From positions 160,001-224,000 of the forward strand of contig JAXGPF010000008.1 of NCBI GenBank assembly GCA_040767085.1: DNA of 64,000 bases, in the 5' to 3' direction. Shown piece by piece: positions 46,956 to 56,517 of the stretch (position 1 is the stretch's first letter; each line of letters opens with the position of its first letter). The notes beneath the pieces are model-generated. The model saw only the letters and a program-made list of their open reading frames with translations. It had not been told where the DNA came from and did not search any database. Source of the DNA: Kiritimatiellia bacterium (GTDB taxonomy: Bacteria; Verrucomicrobiota; Kiritimatiellia; JAAZAB01). The position numbers and the translations under genes are program-made.

Positions 46956-48101
46956 ATGACATTCAAAGCGAATGCGCAGTTGGCGCTGGACACCATCCGC
47001 GGCTTGCCCTGCCAGGGCATTCCTTCGTATACGCTGTTCCTGATGGAACACAGCCTGATTGAAAAAATGGCGGGCGCCCCGCCCGGCGCCTATGCCGCCG
47101 CGCCCGAAAGGACCTACCTGGCAATGCAGCGCCGGGCCGGCACCTGCCTGATAGACCAGTATATCCCCCGCAATCCCCTGACCATCGGCAACTCCGGTTA
47201 TGATTCCGGCCAGCCGCGCACGGCCACCACCGGTTTGCAGCAAATTACCCTCGATGGCATGCTCATCGATTCGCCGGAAGCCGTGGTTGCGCACATGGAG
47301 CAGAAGGTTTTTCCGAAAAAGCGGGCGGATTTGGCCGGGATCACGGCCGGCCTGGATGCCTACACGCGCGACGCCGCGGCCAAACTGCTGCTGGGCGAAA
47401 GCGGCATCCAGGCGGAGATCGGCGGCGATATCCTCAAGGCGCCCTATAACCGGGTGGCTTTCCCGCGGCTGGCATATAATCAATACGGGTATGAAAACTA
47501 TTTCATGGCGTACGCGCTTTACCCGGAGGTCATGGAAAAAGGATTTGCGCTGGATGCCGATATCGCGGTGCATGCGAACCGCGCCGTGGCGCAGGCTTTC
47601 GCGGAGGGCAAGTTGCCGCCGTTGAATCGCATGGATTACGACATGGCCGACTCGCGCGGGACGCTGGTGGACATCAAATCGCTGGATAAAATCTGGTTCC
47701 CGCATTTCGCCCGCGCGATCGAGCCGATGCTGCAAACGGACGTCAAACTGATCTGGCATTGCGACGGCAATTTGATGCAGATGGTGCCGCGCCTGCTGGA
47801 GTGCGGCTTGCGCGGATTCCAGGGGTTTCAGTATGAAGACGGCATGGACTACGAAAAAATCTGCCGGATGAAAGCGCGCGACGGCGGCAGCCTGTTCATC
47901 ATCGCCGGGGTGTCCGTCACCCGGACGCTGCCGATGGGCAAACCCGCCGACGTCAAACGGGAAATGCAATGGCTGGTCGAGCATGGTCCGCGGACCGGGT
48001 TGTTCCTGGGCGTCAGCAGTTCGGTCGCGCCCGGCGTGCCATGGGAAAATTTGCAGACACTGATCGAAGGTCTTGATTACTACCGGAGCCGCGGACGATG
48101 A
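46956..48101 (+). CDS. Uroporphyrinogen decarboxylase / MtaA-CmuA-like TIM-barrel protein
   Basis: DMADSRG, IWHCDGNL, AGVSVTRTLPMGKPADVKRE, GLFLGVSSSVAPGVPWENL. Confidence 0.75.
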   Translation: MTFKANAQLALDTIRGLPCQGIPSYTLFLMEHSLIEKMAGAPPGAYAAAPERTYLAMQRRAGTCLIDQYIPRNPLTIGNSGYDSGQPRTATTGLQQITLDGMLIDSPEAVVAHMEQKVFPKKRADLAGITAGLDAYTRDAAAKLLLGESGIQAEIGGDILKAPYNRVAFPRLAYNQYGYENYFMAYALYPEVMEKGFALDADIAVHANRAVAQAFAEGKLPPLNRMDYDMADSRGTLVDIKSLDKIWFPHFARAIEPMLQTDVKLIWHCDGNLMQMVPRLLECGLRGFQGFQYEDGMDYEKICRMKARDGGSLFIIAGVSVTRTLPMGKPADVKREMQWLVEHGPRTGLFLGVSSSVAPGVPWENLQTLIEGLDYYRSRGR

Positions 48102-49582
48102 AAAACACCAAGGTTAAGCTCAAGAAATCAGGTAAGATGGATTTCGGCAGAAAGCTGAAACTGGGCATTTGGGGCCTGGGCCGGGGCCGCGCCTTTTATC
48201 AATCCTGCGCCGCGGTCGGATTCGAAATTGTCGCCGGCTGCGATTATAATCCAGACATGCGGAAAAATTTCACCGCGCAGAATCCGCAGGCCATGGTTAC
48301 GGATGATGATCGAAAATTTCTCGATTACGACATGGATGCGGTCTTGCTGGCCACCTACTGCCCGGCGCATGCCGATGACGCCATCCGCTGCCTCAGGGCC
48401 GGGAAACACGTGCTTTCGGAAGTCACCTCGTTCCATACCATGGCCGAAGGCGTGCGCCTGGTGGAGGCCGTTGAAAAAAGCGGCCTGGTTTACAACCTGG
48501 CGGAAAATTATCCCTTCACCAAGACCAACATGTGGCTGGCGCAAAAGTACCGGGAAGGCTTGTTCGGCGAATTGATGTACGCCGAATTCGAATATGTTCA
48601 TAATTGCATTTCGCTGGGGTACACCTATCTGTTCGGCAACCCGATAGTTCCAGGCAATACTGTTCACAACTGGCGCAGTTGGCTCAACCTGCATTATTAC
48701 AACACCCATTCGCTGGGCCCCATGATGATCATCAGCGGCCAGCGCCCCACCCGGATTGTCGCCTTGCCCAGCCGGCATTCCGTGCCGGGGGTGTTAAGAC
48801 ACGGGCCGGCGGACAAAGGCGGGGTGGCCGCGTCCCTGATTACATTAGCCGGCGGCGCGGTGGTGCGCAACCTGATGGGTGAAATGTCCAGCGATACCCA
48901 TCAGCAGCGACTGTGGGGCACGCTGGGCGCGGCCGAAGTGGAAGGATACGGGGGCAACGGGGAAATCAAACTGCGCCTGGGCGGCATGCCCACCGGGCCG
49001 AAGATGAAGGTGACGGTGGATTGGCCGGCCATGGGCGAGATTGCCAAACTGACCGGCCATGGCGGCGGCGATTTCTGGGTGTTGTATTATTTTGCCCGTG
49101 AAATCCGGGATGGCATCCCGGCGCCCTTCGATATTTATACCGCCGCCGATTGCACCGCCGCCGGCATACTCGGATACCGTTCCGCGGTGGAAAACGGCCG
49201 GGCTTACGACATTCCCGATTTCCGGCGGAAAAGCGCGCGCGCCCGCTGGCGCAATGACAACTTTGCCATGCCGCGCTATGACGTCCGGCAGGGATGTTTC
49301 CCCCGGCGCGCCGATCCCGCAATCACCCGTCATTTCAGCAAAACCATGGCGGATATGATCAGGTATTCCAATCTCCAGCGCTGCGTGCATGATTGGGAAC
49401 AGGCGCAGGCCAATCTTTGTCCCGAGGACCGCGAGAAATATCTGGCATTAAAAGACAAGCTTCAGCAGCAATCGCCGGATATCCGTAAAACCCGGCGCAT
49501 GGCTGCAAAGATCGTGAATGCCTATCCGCGCAGCGATGGCGCGCGCGTCTTGCGGGAAGTCCTGGCGAAAATGTCGGAATAA
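48098..49582 (+). CDS. Gfo/Idh/MocA family oxidoreductase with C-terminal extension
   Basis: GIWGLGRG, GKHVLSEV, LAENY, YYNTHSLGP, GHGGGD. Confidence 0.88.
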   Translation: MKNTKVKLKKSGKMDFGRKLKLGIWGLGRGRAFYQSCAAVGFEIVAGCDYNPDMRKNFTAQNPQAMVTDDDRKFLDYDMDAVLLATYCPAHADDAIRCLRAGKHVLSEVTSFHTMAEGVRLVEAVEKSGLVYNLAENYPFTKTNMWLAQKYREGLFGELMYAEFEYVHNCISLGYTYLFGNPIVPGNTVHNWRSWLNLHYYNTHSLGPMMIISGQRPTRIVALPSRHSVPGVLRHGPADKGGVAASLITLAGGAVVRNLMGEMSSDTHQQRLWGTLGAAEVEGYGGNGEIKLRLGGMPTGPKMKVTVDWPAMGEIAKLTGHGGGDFWVLYYFAREIRDGIPAPFDIYTAADCTAAGILGYRSAVENGRAYDIPDFRRKSARARWRNDNFAMPRYDVRQGCFPRRADPAITRHFSKTMADMIRYSNLQRCVHDWEQAQANLCPEDREKYLALKDKLQQQSPDIRKTRRMAAKIVNAYPRSDGARVLREVLAKMSE

Positions 49583-49592
49583 CAAAATTTTG

Positions 49593-49668
49593 GAGCCGGG
49601 TCGCCCCCGTCCCGGCACCAGAGCGGGAGTAAAGACATCAGAGCGGGACGGGGCGCGCGTCCCGGCTC
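49593..49668. repeat. Imperfect GC-rich inverted repeat (REP-like)
   Basis: gagccggg..ccccgtcccg (49593-49614) pairs with cgggacgggg..cccggctc (49644-49668). Confidence 0.6.
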
Positions 49669-49684
49669 TAATTTAAGGTGAAAA

Positions 49685-51181
49685 ATGTTTGATATCAAGA
49701 TCGTCAACGGATTGCTGGTGCGGGGCGATGGGACGGAGGGGCGGCCGGGCGAGATCGGCATCCGGCAGGGCCGGATCGCTGCTATATCTGCCAGTGTTGC
49801 CGGCGGCGCCCAACGGACAATTGACGCCGGCGGACACATGGTCACCCCCGGCTTCATTGATTTGCACACGCATTGCGTTCCGGGCGTGAATGAAAATTAC
49901 CTGCAGTCCGGCGTCACCAGCGTGGTGGGCGGGAATTGCGGGTTTTCGCCGTTGGACATCCAGAAAGTCTCTGCGGATTGCGCCGGCAAGTGCGGGCTGA
50001 ACCTGGCGATGCTGGTGGGACATAATAGCGTTCGCACACAAGTCATGGGCAATGTCAACCGCGCGCCCGCGGCCTCGGAATTGCGGCAGATGTGCGGGTT
50101 GATTGACCGGGCCATGGCGGAGGGCGCCGTTGGATTTTCGTCGGGGTTGACTTATGTGCCCGGAAATTATGCCAAAACCGAAGAAGTGGCGGAATTGGCC
50201 CAGGCTACCGCCCGGCATGGCGGATATTACACCAGCCATATGCGCGATGAAGGCGAGGGTTTGCTCGATTCGATCCGGGAGACTGTCGCCATCGGCCGCG
50301 CCAGCGGATTGCCGGTGCATCTGTCGCACTTGAAGGTCCGCGGCTGCAATATCTGGGGGCGCAGCCGCGATGCGGTGGCATTGCTGGATCAATATCTGGC
50401 GCAAGGCATGGATGTCACCCAGGACCAGTATCCCTACACGGCCTCCTGCGGCCGCATTTACCTGCTTTACCCGCCCTGGGCCCAGGAAGGCGGCCCGGCA
50501 GACCGGCTGGCGCGGCTGGCGGACGCCCAACAGCGGGCGCAACTGAAAAAAGATTTGATCGCATACCTGACTGATATCCACGCCGGCGATGGCGAACGCG
50601 TGGTGATTTCCGATGCCCCGGACGCCGCCCTGGCCGGCCGGTCGCTGGCGGATATCGCCCGGGCCGCCGGCCGCAAAAACCAGCCCGCCGACCTGGCCGA
50701 GACGGTCATGGATATCACCGCGCGCTTCCCGGATCTGACCCAGGTATACTGCGTATTCCATGGGATGTGCGAAGATGATGTCAAAACCATCATGCGCCAC
50801 CGCAACACCGCCGTCGGGTCGGATGCCTGGGCGCCCCGGGCCAGCGAGGCCCGGCCGCATCCCCGCATGTTCGGCACTTTCCCGCGCGTGCTCGGCCATT
50901 ATGCCCGGGATGAAAAAGTGTTGCCGATGGCCGAGGCGGTGCGCCGCATGACCGGCCTGCCGGCGCGGCGGCTGGGGTTAAAAGACCGCGGGCTTTTGCA
51001 GGAAGGCGCCTGGGCGGATATCACGGTTTTTGATCCGGCGACCGTGATTGACCGCGCCACGTTCGATCATCCGAAACAGTATCCCGCCGGATTTGATTGC
51101 GTGCTGGTGAACGGCCAGGTTGTGGTAGATCACGGAACTTACACCGGCGTCTTGCCCGGGGGGTTTTTAGCGCGGCAATGA
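49685..51181 (+). CDS. N-acyl-D-amino-acid deacylase (D-aminoacylase family)
   Basis: PGFIDLHTH, GNCGFS, SSGLTYVPG, SHMRDEG, HLSHLK, DQYPY, GSD, HPRMFGTFPR. Confidence 0.92.
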   Translation: MFDIKIVNGLLVRGDGTEGRPGEIGIRQGRIAAISASVAGGAQRTIDAGGHMVTPGFIDLHTHCVPGVNENYLQSGVTSVVGGNCGFSPLDIQKVSADCAGKCGLNLAMLVGHNSVRTQVMGNVNRAPAASELRQMCGLIDRAMAEGAVGFSSGLTYVPGNYAKTEEVAELAQATARHGGYYTSHMRDEGEGLLDSIRETVAIGRASGLPVHLSHLKVRGCNIWGRSRDAVALLDQYLAQGMDVTQDQYPYTASCGRIYLLYPPWAQEGGPADRLARLADAQQRAQLKKDLIAYLTDIHAGDGERVVISDAPDAALAGRSLADIARAAGRKNQPADLAETVMDITARFPDLTQVYCVFHGMCEDDVKTIMRHRNTAVGSDAWAPRASEARPHPRMFGTFPRVLGHYARDEKVLPMAEAVRRMTGLPARRLGLKDRGLLQEGAWADITVFDPATVIDRATFDHPKQYPAGFDCVLVNGQVVVDHGTYTGVLPGGFLARQ

Positions 51182-52320
51182 GCAAGCGGAGCATCGGAAG
51201 TATTATGAAAAAAAAGCCGCTGTTTCCGGTAACGGATGTCGATCGCCGGTTTTATGACAAACATATTGCCGGCTGGCTGCCGGATGAGTTGATTGACATC
51301 CATACGCATATATGGCTGAAAAGCTTTAAAAAACGGCGCGCCGCGGGCGCGCCGCGCCGCACGGTCGCCTGGCCCTCCATGGTGGCGGCGGAAAACCCGG
51401 TGGAACATCTGGTTGAGACATATCAATTGATGTTTCCCGGGAAAACTGTCACCCCGATGATGTTCGCGTCGCTGACGAAGGAATACCTGGATGCCGCCAA
51501 TGCCTACGTGGCGGACGCCGCCCGACGGCACGGGTTCCCGGCCTTGATTTTTTCCGATCCGCGCTGGCCGGCCGCCGAACTGGAGCGCCGGGTCAAGCGG
51601 GGAGGGTTCCTGGGCGTCAAGAGCTACCTGACCATGGCGCCGGCTTACCTGCCAACCGCTGAAATACGCATTTTCGATTTCTTCCCGCATCATCAGCTGG
51701 AAGTCATGGACCAGCATGGATGGATCGTCATGCTGCATATTCCGCGCGACGGCCGGCTGCGCGATCCGGTGAACCTGGCGCAAATGCTGGAAATCGAAGA
51801 ACGCTATCCGAACTTGCAGTTGATTGTCGCCCATGTCGGCCGCGCTTATTGCCCGGAGGATGTGGGCGACGCCTTTAAAGTGCTTGCCCAAACCCGCCGG
51901 ATGAATTTCGATTTCTCCGCCAGTTCCAATGCCGCGGTATTCCGGCAACTGCTGGAGACAGTCGGCCCGCAACGCGTGCTCTTCGGCAGCGATCTGCCCA
52001 TCCTGCGGATGCGCGCCCGGCGCGTCTGCGAAAAGGGATTTTATGTCAATATCGTTCCCAAGGGATTGTACGGCAACGTCACGGCCGATCCGCACATGCG
52101 CGAAGTCGCCGGGGCGGAAGCGGAAAAGATAACATTTTTCATGTACGAGGAACTGGCGGCATTCGGCCGCGCCGCGCGCGCCGCCGGCCTGCGGCCGGCC
52201 GCTATCCGGGATGTCTTCCGGAACAACCCGCGGCGCATCCTGGCGAAAGCCGGATTCGATTTCCGCCCGCCGCGGCGCGGGCCCCGGGGCGGTAATCCCG
52301 GAAAAACGGGCGGCGGATAG
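51178..52320 (+). CDS. Amidohydrolase_2 family metal-dependent hydrolase
   Basis: IDIHTH, MLHIP, VAHVGRAY, VLFGSDLP; ATGA overlap with the upstream gene. Confidence 0.88.
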   Translation: MSKRSIGSIMKKKPLFPVTDVDRRFYDKHIAGWLPDELIDIHTHIWLKSFKKRRAAGAPRRTVAWPSMVAAENPVEHLVETYQLMFPGKTVTPMMFASLTKEYLDAANAYVADAARRHGFPALIFSDPRWPAAELERRVKRGGFLGVKSYLTMAPAYLPTAEIRIFDFFPHHQLEVMDQHGWIVMLHIPRDGRLRDPVNLAQMLEIEERYPNLQLIVAHVGRAYCPEDVGDAFKVLAQTRRMNFDFSASSNAAVFRQLLETVGPQRVLFGSDLPILRMRARRVCEKGFYVNIVPKGLYGNVTADPHMREVAGAEAEKITFFMYEELAAFGRAARAAGLRPAAIRDVFRNNPRRILAKAGFDFRPPRRGPRGGNPGKTGGG

Positions 52321-52350
52321 CCGCCAGGGAATTCAAAACAGCGAGCATGT

Positions 52351-53673
52351 ATGGAAGATTTGAAAAAGGCCGCCTGCGCGGCGGTTGACGCCCAGCGCGC
52401 GGCCATCATAGCGGCGGCCGGGCAGATCTGGACGCACCCGGAAACCGGCTTCAAGGAATACCAAACCGCGCAGTTGGTGGCGGATTTCTTCAAGCAGCTC
52501 GGAATGCCCTGCCGGACCGGCCTGGCTTTGACCGGGGTGCGGGCGGAATTGCAGGGCGGCCGGCCGGGGCCGACGATCGCGCTCCTGGGCGAATTGGACG
52601 GGATTATTCTTTCCGAGCATCCGGCGGCGGACCCCGTTACCGGCGCCGTGCATGCCTGCGGGCATCACGCGCAGATTGCAGGCTTGCTGGGCGCCGCGCT
52701 GGCGTTGAATCAGCCCCGGATTCTCTCCCAGTTGGCGGGCAGGATCGTCTTCATGGCGGTGCCGGCCGAGGAGTACCTGGAAATGGATTTCCGGCGCAAA
52801 CTGATCCGCGACGGTAAAATCCGTTTTCTCGGCGGCAAGCAGGAACTGATCCGATTGGGCCATTTCGATGACGTGGACATGGCCATGATGATCCACACCG
52901 GGGAGGGGCGCAAGGCGACGCTCCGCTCCACGATGAACGGATTCATTTCCCAGTTTGCCAGTTTCATCGGCCGGGCGGCGCATGCCGGCGGGGCGCCGCA
53001 TCATGGCGTCAATGCGCTGAATGCCGCCATGCTGGCGTTGCAGGCCATCCACGCGCAGCGGGAAACCTTCAAGGATGAAGATCATGTCCGCGTGCATCCT
53101 GTCATCCGGAAGGCCGGGGAATCGGTCAGCACGGTGCCGGGCCGGGTGGATCTTGAAGCCATGGTGCGCGCCAAAACCCTCGCAGCGGTTCTGGATGCGG
53201 GGGCCAAAATCCGGCGGGCTTATCATGCCGGCGCGCTGGCCGTGGGCGCCAAGGTCGTGATCGAATCGCTGCCGGGATACCTGCCGTTGCATGATTGCCA
53301 GCCGATGGCGGATGTGTTTAAAAAGAATGTCAGCGGCTTTGTCGGAGCGGAGAATGTAACGCTCCTGCCGCATCGGTCGTCTTCCACCGACATGGGCGAT
53401 GTGACCCAGATCACGCCGGCCATGCATCCGGGGTTGGGCGGCGCGGCCGGCCGGGCGCATGCCGCGGATTTCCGCGTGGTGGATTCGGACCTGGCCTATG
53501 TGGCGCCGGGCAAGGTGCTGGCCATGTGCGTGATTGACCTGCTGGGCGATCAAGCCCGGGCCGCCGCGCAAATCATCCGGGAGCATAAGCCTTTGATTCC
53601 CCGCGCAAAGTACACGGAACTGCTGCAGTCGCAGTTTTGCACGGAAACGTACGATCATCTGCCGTCCCCGTGA
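52351..53673 (+). CDS. M20D family amidohydrolase
   Basis: HPETGFKE, GELD, HACGH, VPAEE, GRAAHAG..P..GVNAL, STDMGDV. Confidence 0.9.
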   Translation: MEDLKKAACAAVDAQRAAIIAAAGQIWTHPETGFKEYQTAQLVADFFKQLGMPCRTGLALTGVRAELQGGRPGPTIALLGELDGIILSEHPAADPVTGAVHACGHHAQIAGLLGAALALNQPRILSQLAGRIVFMAVPAEEYLEMDFRRKLIRDGKIRFLGGKQELIRLGHFDDVDMAMMIHTGEGRKATLRSTMNGFISQFASFIGRAAHAGGAPHHGVNALNAAMLALQAIHAQRETFKDEDHVRVHPVIRKAGESVSTVPGRVDLEAMVRAKTLAAVLDAGAKIRRAYHAGALAVGAKVVIESLPGYLPLHDCQPMADVFKKNVSGFVGAENVTLLPHRSSSTDMGDVTQITPAMHPGLGGAAGRAHAADFRVVDSDLAYVAPGKVLAMCVIDLLGDQARAAAQIIREHKPLIPRAKYTELLQSQFCTETYDHLPSP

Positions 53674-53748
53674 GGCGCGCGCCGCGCCGGCGTCGGGCGC
53701 GGTGTCTGGTTTTTTGCGGCGTCAGTTAATAAAAGGAGGATCAAATCC

Positions 53749-55002
53749 ATGGGTATCAGTGTCGGTTTGGTGGGATTAGGCAGGTTCGGCAAAGCTTTTG
53801 CGCCATTATTCAAGAGCCATCCGCTGGTGGATCGCATAGCTTTGTGCGATCGGGAGCCGGAGCGGATCAAACAAATTGCCGACGATCCGTTTTACAGGGA
53901 TAAATTCAATTCGCGCGATGCTTACGCTTCGATGGAAGAGCTTTGCGCCTCCGACCTGGATGCCCTGGTGATTATTACCCAGCCCTGGCTGCATGCGCCG
54001 CAATGCGCGCAGGCCATGGAAAGCGGCAAGCATGTTTACAGCGCCGTGCCGATTACCTCCGTCCCCGACGGCGATGAAATCCTGGAATGGTGCGATAAAT
54101 TGACCGCGCTTTGCCGGCGCACCGGCATGCGTTACATGCTCGGGGAAACCACCTATTACCATGCGCAGGCCATGTTCTGCCGCCGTAAGGCCGCCGCCGG
54201 CGCCTTCGGCGATTTTGTGTACGCCGAAGGCGAATATTGCCACGATGTTGACGCCCGCTGCAACTTGCGGCAGGTGTCCGCCAGCCGCGGCGCCAGCGCC
54301 GCGGGCCGGGAATGGCAGGATCTCAGCCGGCAATATCGGGAGCGCGGCGTCAAGGGCGGGCCCATGCATTATCCGACGCATTCCACTTCCGGCCCGGTCT
54401 GCGTGATGCAAGCGCACGCGGTCAAGGTTACCGCTTACGGTTATCGGAACCGCAACCACGATCCGTTTTTCGCCAAGGATGCGTTCAGCAACGAAGTGGC
54501 ATTGTTCAAAATGAGCAATGGCGCCGCGGTGCGCATTGCCGAAATGCGGGAATCGCCCGGCTTGCTGGGGCAGGAACCGGAAACCTTCCGGATCAAGGGG
54601 ACGCTGGGAACTTTCTCTGAAAATCGCTGGTATGAGATTCAAAGGCCGGCCATGGATCGGATTGACCTGGAGCATCTGCCCAGAGCCGCCAGCGTGGTTT
54701 TGAAGGCGGAAGAAATGCGCGACCCGCTGCCGCCGGAAGTGCAGGCGGCATTCAAACGCGCCATGCATCAGCAGTCGAACGAAGCCGATCTGCAAAACAT
54801 GGATTTTGTGCCCCAGGGCCATGGCGGCTCGCATCCTTACCTGGTGCATGAATTCGTGGAGGCGGTGGCGCATGGACGCCAGCCGGCGATCAATATCTGG
54901 GAGGCCGCGCGGTACATGGCCATGGGCGTGATGGCGCACAAGTCGGCCTTGCAGGATGGCACCACGCTGGATGTGCCGGATTGGGGCGATGCGCCGGCCT
55001 GA
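53749..55002 (+). CDS. Gfo/Idh/MocA family oxidoreductase
   Basis: AGGAGG RBS, GLVGLGRFG, GKHVYSAVP, LGETTYY, HYPTHS, GHGGSH. Confidence 0.9.
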   Translation: MGISVGLVGLGRFGKAFAPLFKSHPLVDRIALCDREPERIKQIADDPFYRDKFNSRDAYASMEELCASDLDALVIITQPWLHAPQCAQAMESGKHVYSAVPITSVPDGDEILEWCDKLTALCRRTGMRYMLGETTYYHAQAMFCRRKAAAGAFGDFVYAEGEYCHDVDARCNLRQVSASRGASAAGREWQDLSRQYRERGVKGGPMHYPTHSTSGPVCVMQAHAVKVTAYGYRNRNHDPFFAKDAFSNEVALFKMSNGAAVRIAEMRESPGLLGQEPETFRIKGTLGTFSENRWYEIQRPAMDRIDLEHLPRAASVVLKAEEMRDPLPPEVQAAFKRAMHQQSNEADLQNMDFVPQGHGGSHPYLVHEFVEAVAHGRQPAINIWEAARYMAMGVMAHKSALQDGTTLDVPDWGDAPA

Positions 55003-55099
55003 CCGGATGTTATCCGCAGATTGCGCAGATTAACGCAGATGGGGGATGCGCCCTGACCGGATGTTATCCGCAGATTACGCAGATTAACGCAGATGGGGG
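54998..55099 (+). repeat. 48-bp direct repeat (54-bp period) with internal CGCAGATT(A) triplets
   Basis: 54998-55045 vs 55052-55099, 47/48 identical. Confidence 0.92.
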
Positions 55100-55105
55100 G
55101 GAAGC

Positions 55106-56485
55106 GTGAAAATCGGATTATTGCCGTTTTACCTGGAGCTTTACGATCGGATGTGGCCGGATCGCCGGCAGCGGCTGGACCAATATTATCAAAATGTGGC
55201 GGAGGCGCTGCGGCTGAAAGGGTTGGATGTTGTCACCGCGCCGGTCTGTCGGTTGGCGCCGGAATTCCGGCGCGCGGTGAAAGAATTTGAAGCTGACGGG
55301 GTAGAGGCGCTGGTCACGTTGCACCTGGCATATTCGCCGTCGCTGGAGTCGGCCGATGCCCTGGCCCGCACCGGTTTGCCGGTGATCGTGCTGGACACCA
55401 CGCCCGACTATGATTTCGGGCCGTCGCAAAAGCCGGCAGCCATCATGGCCAACCACGGCATCCATGGCGTGCAGGATATGTGCAATTTGCTTGTGCGCCG
55501 CGGCAAGCGGTTTGCCGTTGAAGCCGGTCATTGGCAACATTCCGACGTGCTGGACCGGGTCGCGACGCGCGCGCGCGCGGCGGCCGTGGCCGGCGGCTTG
55601 CGCCGGGCGCGCGTCGGCCGGATCGGGCCGCCATTCAAGAGTATGGGGGATTTCCAGGTGCCGGACCGGGAATTGCGCCGGCAGTTGGGCGTGACGGTGG
55701 TCAGCGCCCGTCCGGAAGGTTTAAACAAGCTGGCGCGCGGCATTGCCCCTGCGGATATCAAACGAGAAATTGCGGCGCATGGCCGGATGTTTGATATCCC
55801 GCCCGCGGCGGCCGCGGCGCACCGGCGTTCGGTCCTGGCCGGCTTGACGGTGCGCCGCTGGCTTGCCAGGGAAAACCTTGCCGCGTTCAGCGTGAATTTT
55901 CTGGCCGTCGGCCGCGGCCGGGGGTTGGCGGTGATGCCGTTTCTGGAAGCCGGGTTGGCCATGGGGCGGGGGATTGGTTATGCCGGGGAAGGCGATGTCT
56001 TGACCGCGGCGCTGGTGGCGGCCTTGCTGCGCGTCTATCCCGCGACCACGTTTACGGAAATGTTTTGCCCGGATTGGAAAGGCAACCGGATTTTCCTGAG
56101 CCACATGGGCGAATGGAATGTCCGGCTGGCCGCCCGCCGGCCGCGCCTGGTGGAGTATAAGTTCATCTTCGGCCGCGCGGCCAATCCGGTGCGGCCGGTG
56201 GGCTGTTTCAAGGGCGGCGCCGCCGTGTTCGTCAATCTCGCGCCGCTCGGCGCCGGCCGATTCCGTCTGATCCTGGCGCCGGGCCGGATGGCGGCGCCCC
56301 GCGGGCGCGATGCCCTGGCCGATACCGTGCATGGCTGGTTCCAGCCCCGGCCGCCTTTGCCCGAATTTTTAGCCGGTTACAGCCGCGCCGGCGGCACGCA
56401 TCATGCCGCCCTGGTCTACGGGGCGTCCATGGCTGTCTTGGAGGGGTTCGGCGCGGAAATGGGCTGGGACGTTTTGGTAATCTGA
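55106..56485 (+). CDS. L-arabinose/L-fucose isomerase-fold sugar isomerase
   Basis: HLAYSPS, NHGIHG, MGDF, GYAGEGD, TFTEMF, SHMGE, GGTHH (AraA-like metal ligands). Confidence 0.82.
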   Translation: MKIGLLPFYLELYDRMWPDRRQRLDQYYQNVAEALRLKGLDVVTAPVCRLAPEFRRAVKEFEADGVEALVTLHLAYSPSLESADALARTGLPVIVLDTTPDYDFGPSQKPAAIMANHGIHGVQDMCNLLVRRGKRFAVEAGHWQHSDVLDRVATRARAAAVAGGLRRARVGRIGPPFKSMGDFQVPDRELRRQLGVTVVSARPEGLNKLARGIAPADIKREIAAHGRMFDIPPAAAAAHRRSVLAGLTVRRWLARENLAAFSVNFLAVGRGRGLAVMPFLEAGLAMGRGIGYAGEGDVLTAALVAALLRVYPATTFTEMFCPDWKGNRIFLSHMGEWNVRLAARRPRLVEYKFIFGRAANPVRPVGCFKGGAAVFVNLAPLGAGRFRLILAPGRMAAPRGRDALADTVHGWFQPRPPLPEFLAGYSRAGGTHHAALVYGASMAVLEGFGAEMGWDVLVI

Positions 56486-56517
56486 AATTTGGGATTTGAG
56501 ATGTGAAATCCGAGATT
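56483..56517 (+). repeat. Degenerate heptamer tandem repeat (TGARATY x5) spanning a stop and a start codon
   Basis: tgaaatt tgggatt tgagatg tgaaatc cgagatt. Confidence 0.6.
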
